From: Myxococcota bacterium
GTDB taxonomy: Bacteria > Myxococcota_A > UBA796 > CAJQPC01
NCBI GenBank assembly: GCA_036012755.1
Contig: DASCPX010000071.1
Coordinates: 80,215-144,214 of the forward strand
Direction of reading: 5' to 3'
DNA: 64,000 bases
Part shown: positions 61,948 to 64,000 of the stretch, piece after piece
Position numbering within the stretch: position 1 is the first letter of the stretch
How the letters are laid out: each line of letters begins with the position of its first letter
Notes under the pieces: model-generated
Told to the model about the DNA's origin: nothing
Seen by the model: the letters and a program-made list of their open reading frames with translations, nothing else
The model's database searches: none
Position numbers and translations under genes: made by a program

Positions 61948-62655
61948 ATGGCAACTGCTGACCCCATCGACATAGGGGCCGCGTTCAGCTACGCGACCAG
62001 CGACCCGGACTGGATGAAGAAGACGGCCATCGCCGGCCTTCACATGCTCATCCCCCTCATCGGGGTCATCGCGCTGTTCGGATGGACCCGGGACATCTTC
62101 TGGCGGGTGCGGCGAGGCGAAGCGGGGATCCCCGACATGCAGTTCGGGCGCCACCTCGACCAGGGCTGGGCTCCCTTCATCGCGCTCATGAACGTGGCGG
62201 TGTTCGTCTTCGTGCTGCTGCTCCCGATGATGTGCGCCGGGGGACTCATCGGGGTCGCACAAGAGGTCGACGCCGAGTGGATGGAGGTCCTGGCCACCCT
62301 GTTGATGCTCGCCACCCAGCTGCTCGTGATGGCCTTCGCCCTCGGCGTGAACTTCGTGATCCCGGAGCTCTGGCGGCGCGGCTTCCACGGCGAGATGGGA
62401 CCGATCTTCAGCTTCGGCAAGAGCCTCCGGATCGTGAAGGACAACGCCCTGTCCTGCCTGCTCGTGATCGTGGGCTTCTTCGTCGCCCAGATCGTCGGGA
62501 GCATCGGCGTGATGGCCTGCTACATCGGCATGTTCCTGACGATCCCCTTCAGCTACGTGGTGATGGCCCACCTCGTCGCACAGTGGGACGCGCTTGTGAA
62601 CCCGGACTGGAAGCCAGAGGTCGAGGAGGAGTGGGAGCTGGCCTCCAAGGCCTGA
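61948..62655 (+). CDS. DUF4013-like membrane protein
   Basis: AFSY...DPDWMKK, IPLIG..LFGW, P-, CYIG; AGGAGG RBS. Confidence 0.75.
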   Translation: MATADPIDIGAAFSYATSDPDWMKKTAIAGLHMLIPLIGVIALFGWTRDIFWRVRRGEAGIPDMQFGRHLDQGWAPFIALMNVAVFVFVLLLPMMCAGGLIGVAQEVDAEWMEVLATLLMLATQLLVMAFALGVNFVIPELWRRGFHGEMGPIFSFGKSLRIVKDNALSCLLVIVGFFVAQIVGSIGVMACYIGMFLTIPFSYVVMAHLVAQWDALVNPDWKPEVEEEWELASKA

Positions 62656-62702
62656 CTACAGGTAGCTCAGCCACCACCCTCGCCCACGAGCAGTGAGGGC
62701 GA

Positions 62703-63809
62703 TCAGTCGTCCCCACCTCGAACGAGGTAGGCGGCCCCCGCCCAGGTCCCGTTCGTCGACTCCCCGGGCGCCCCGACCAGGAGGTCGTCGAAGCCATCGC
62801 CGTCAGCGTCTGCACCACCGGCGACCAGCCCGGCGTAGTTCTCTGCGCCCTCGCCGGCGAGGGTCGCGTCGGCGTCCGACGATTCGGCTGTGCCCGTCAC
62901 GGATCCGTAGAAGATGAAGACCGCGCCGTTGCTGTCCTCGTCGTCGTTGTTGTGGGGAGCGCCGATGAGGATGTCAGCGCGCCCGTCCCCGTTCGCGTCG
63001 CCGGAGTCGTTCAACACGGTGCTGTGCTTTCGTCCGGCGCCTGGAGCGCCCAGAGCGACGTCGAGCAGGCCGTCGCCGTCGATGTCGCCGGTGCAGGCGC
63101 TACGTCCAAGGAGGCTCTCGTCGTGTCCCGGGCCCAGGTAGAGCTCGGCGGAGGCATCCTCAGCGGTCCGATCTGCTGTGATGGGGCCCAGGAACAGGTA
63201 GGCTTGGCCGGTGTAGGGGTAGGTTCCTCCGTCGAAGAGGTGGCCGGGCCCACTGAGCAGGATGTCGTTCCAGCCGTCACCGTCGATGTCGCCAGGTGCC
63301 GCCAGTGCCATGGCGAGCCGGCCGCCGGTCGACCCGGTGAAGTCGAAGTCCGAGTCGCCCAGGTCACGCTGACCCGAGACCGGACCCAAGTGCACGTAGA
63401 CGGTGTTGGCTCCCGAGGCTCCCACCACCAGGTCGTCGATACCATCGCCGTCCAGGTCCGGGACCACACCCAGGGCCGAGAAGAAGTCCAGTGAACGGTC
63501 CTCGTCGTTCAGGACGGCGTCCGCGTCGGTGAGGTCTGCGTCCGAGTAGGGACCCTCCGTGAGCAGGTACAGGCGGCAGGCCGGGTCCCCGTCCCCCGCG
63601 CAGTCGTTGTCTGCGCGGTCCCCGCAGATCTCCTCCGCCCCCGGGTAGGAGGAAACGTCGGCATCGTCACAGTCCCCGCCGCGATCGACGTAGCCCTCGG
63701 GTGCTTCGCAGGCCAGGCCGAAGTCGTCCCCGATCTCGTCTTCGGACTCGATCTGGATGAGCTCGTCGTGGTCTCCCGCCTCTCTCTGGCTCTGCACGAA
63801 GAGCTGCAC
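62703..63809 (-). pseudogene. Truncated FG-GAP/integrin-alpha repeat protein with a MopE-like metal-binding motif
   Basis: DCDD...YPGAEEIC...DNDC, repeated GDxDGDGxxDxxVGAP; no signal peptide and abrupt internal junctions. Confidence 0.6.
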
Positions 63810-64000
63810 CCGCTTGTCCGAGCTGTTCTCGGGTCGAAGTCAATGACAGTCCTCAAAACGCAACGTTCCGAGCAGGTGGCCACCTCCCACCTGACAGTCC
63901 AACTCCACCTGCCCAGCCATGTGATCAATGCCCCCGGTGCTGGATGCCTGTTGCTTCAAGTGACCGGTCAGAACCTTGCAGTCGTTGGTTCGAACTTGCA

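Noticed and set aside
63810..64000. Lower-GC terminal stretch as a mobile element end or RNA gene
   Set aside because: Too short and cut by the window edge; no terminal repeat or tRNA fold recognised

Overview
High-GC (~70%) bacterial DNA. The gene content (OmpA with TSP3 repeats plus a DUF4398-like partner, MYXO-CTERM-like tails, a Ser/Thr kinase-ATPase-TPR protein, FG-GAP repeats) suggests a Myxococcota-type organism; this is an inference. All product calls rest on motifs I recognised by eye, with no database searches. No rRNA, tRNA, CRISPR array or transposase was recognised. Four blocks: (1) 1-12 kb, envelope and housekeeping genes (lpxD, asnS, OmpA, two beta-helix surface proteins, two GT-C-like membrane proteins, an unannotated pilin-like peptide). 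(2) 12-37 kb, an anaerobic-metabolism block: a glycyl-radical activase with a truncated partner, a BzdR-type regulator with TGCA-N6-TGCA-like operators facing a bcrCBAD-like class I aroyl-CoA reductase operon, and an 11-gene operon in which a 2-oxoacid:ferredoxin oxidoreductase and two degenerate PFOR-like Fe-S proteins are interleaved with a complete Rnf complex. (3) 38-47.5 kb, a six-gene cassette of two dynamin-like GTPases, a degenerate dynamin-like protein, a C39-like cysteine peptidase, a small unknown protein and a large HerA/DUF87-like ATPase; this is the best candidate for an undescribed system. (4) 47.5-64 kb, glycan/lipid-modifying enzymes, two B12 radical SAM enzymes, a kinase, CotH and several frameshifted or truncated genes. 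Many start codons were moved relative to the ORF track using RBS and stop/start overlaps.
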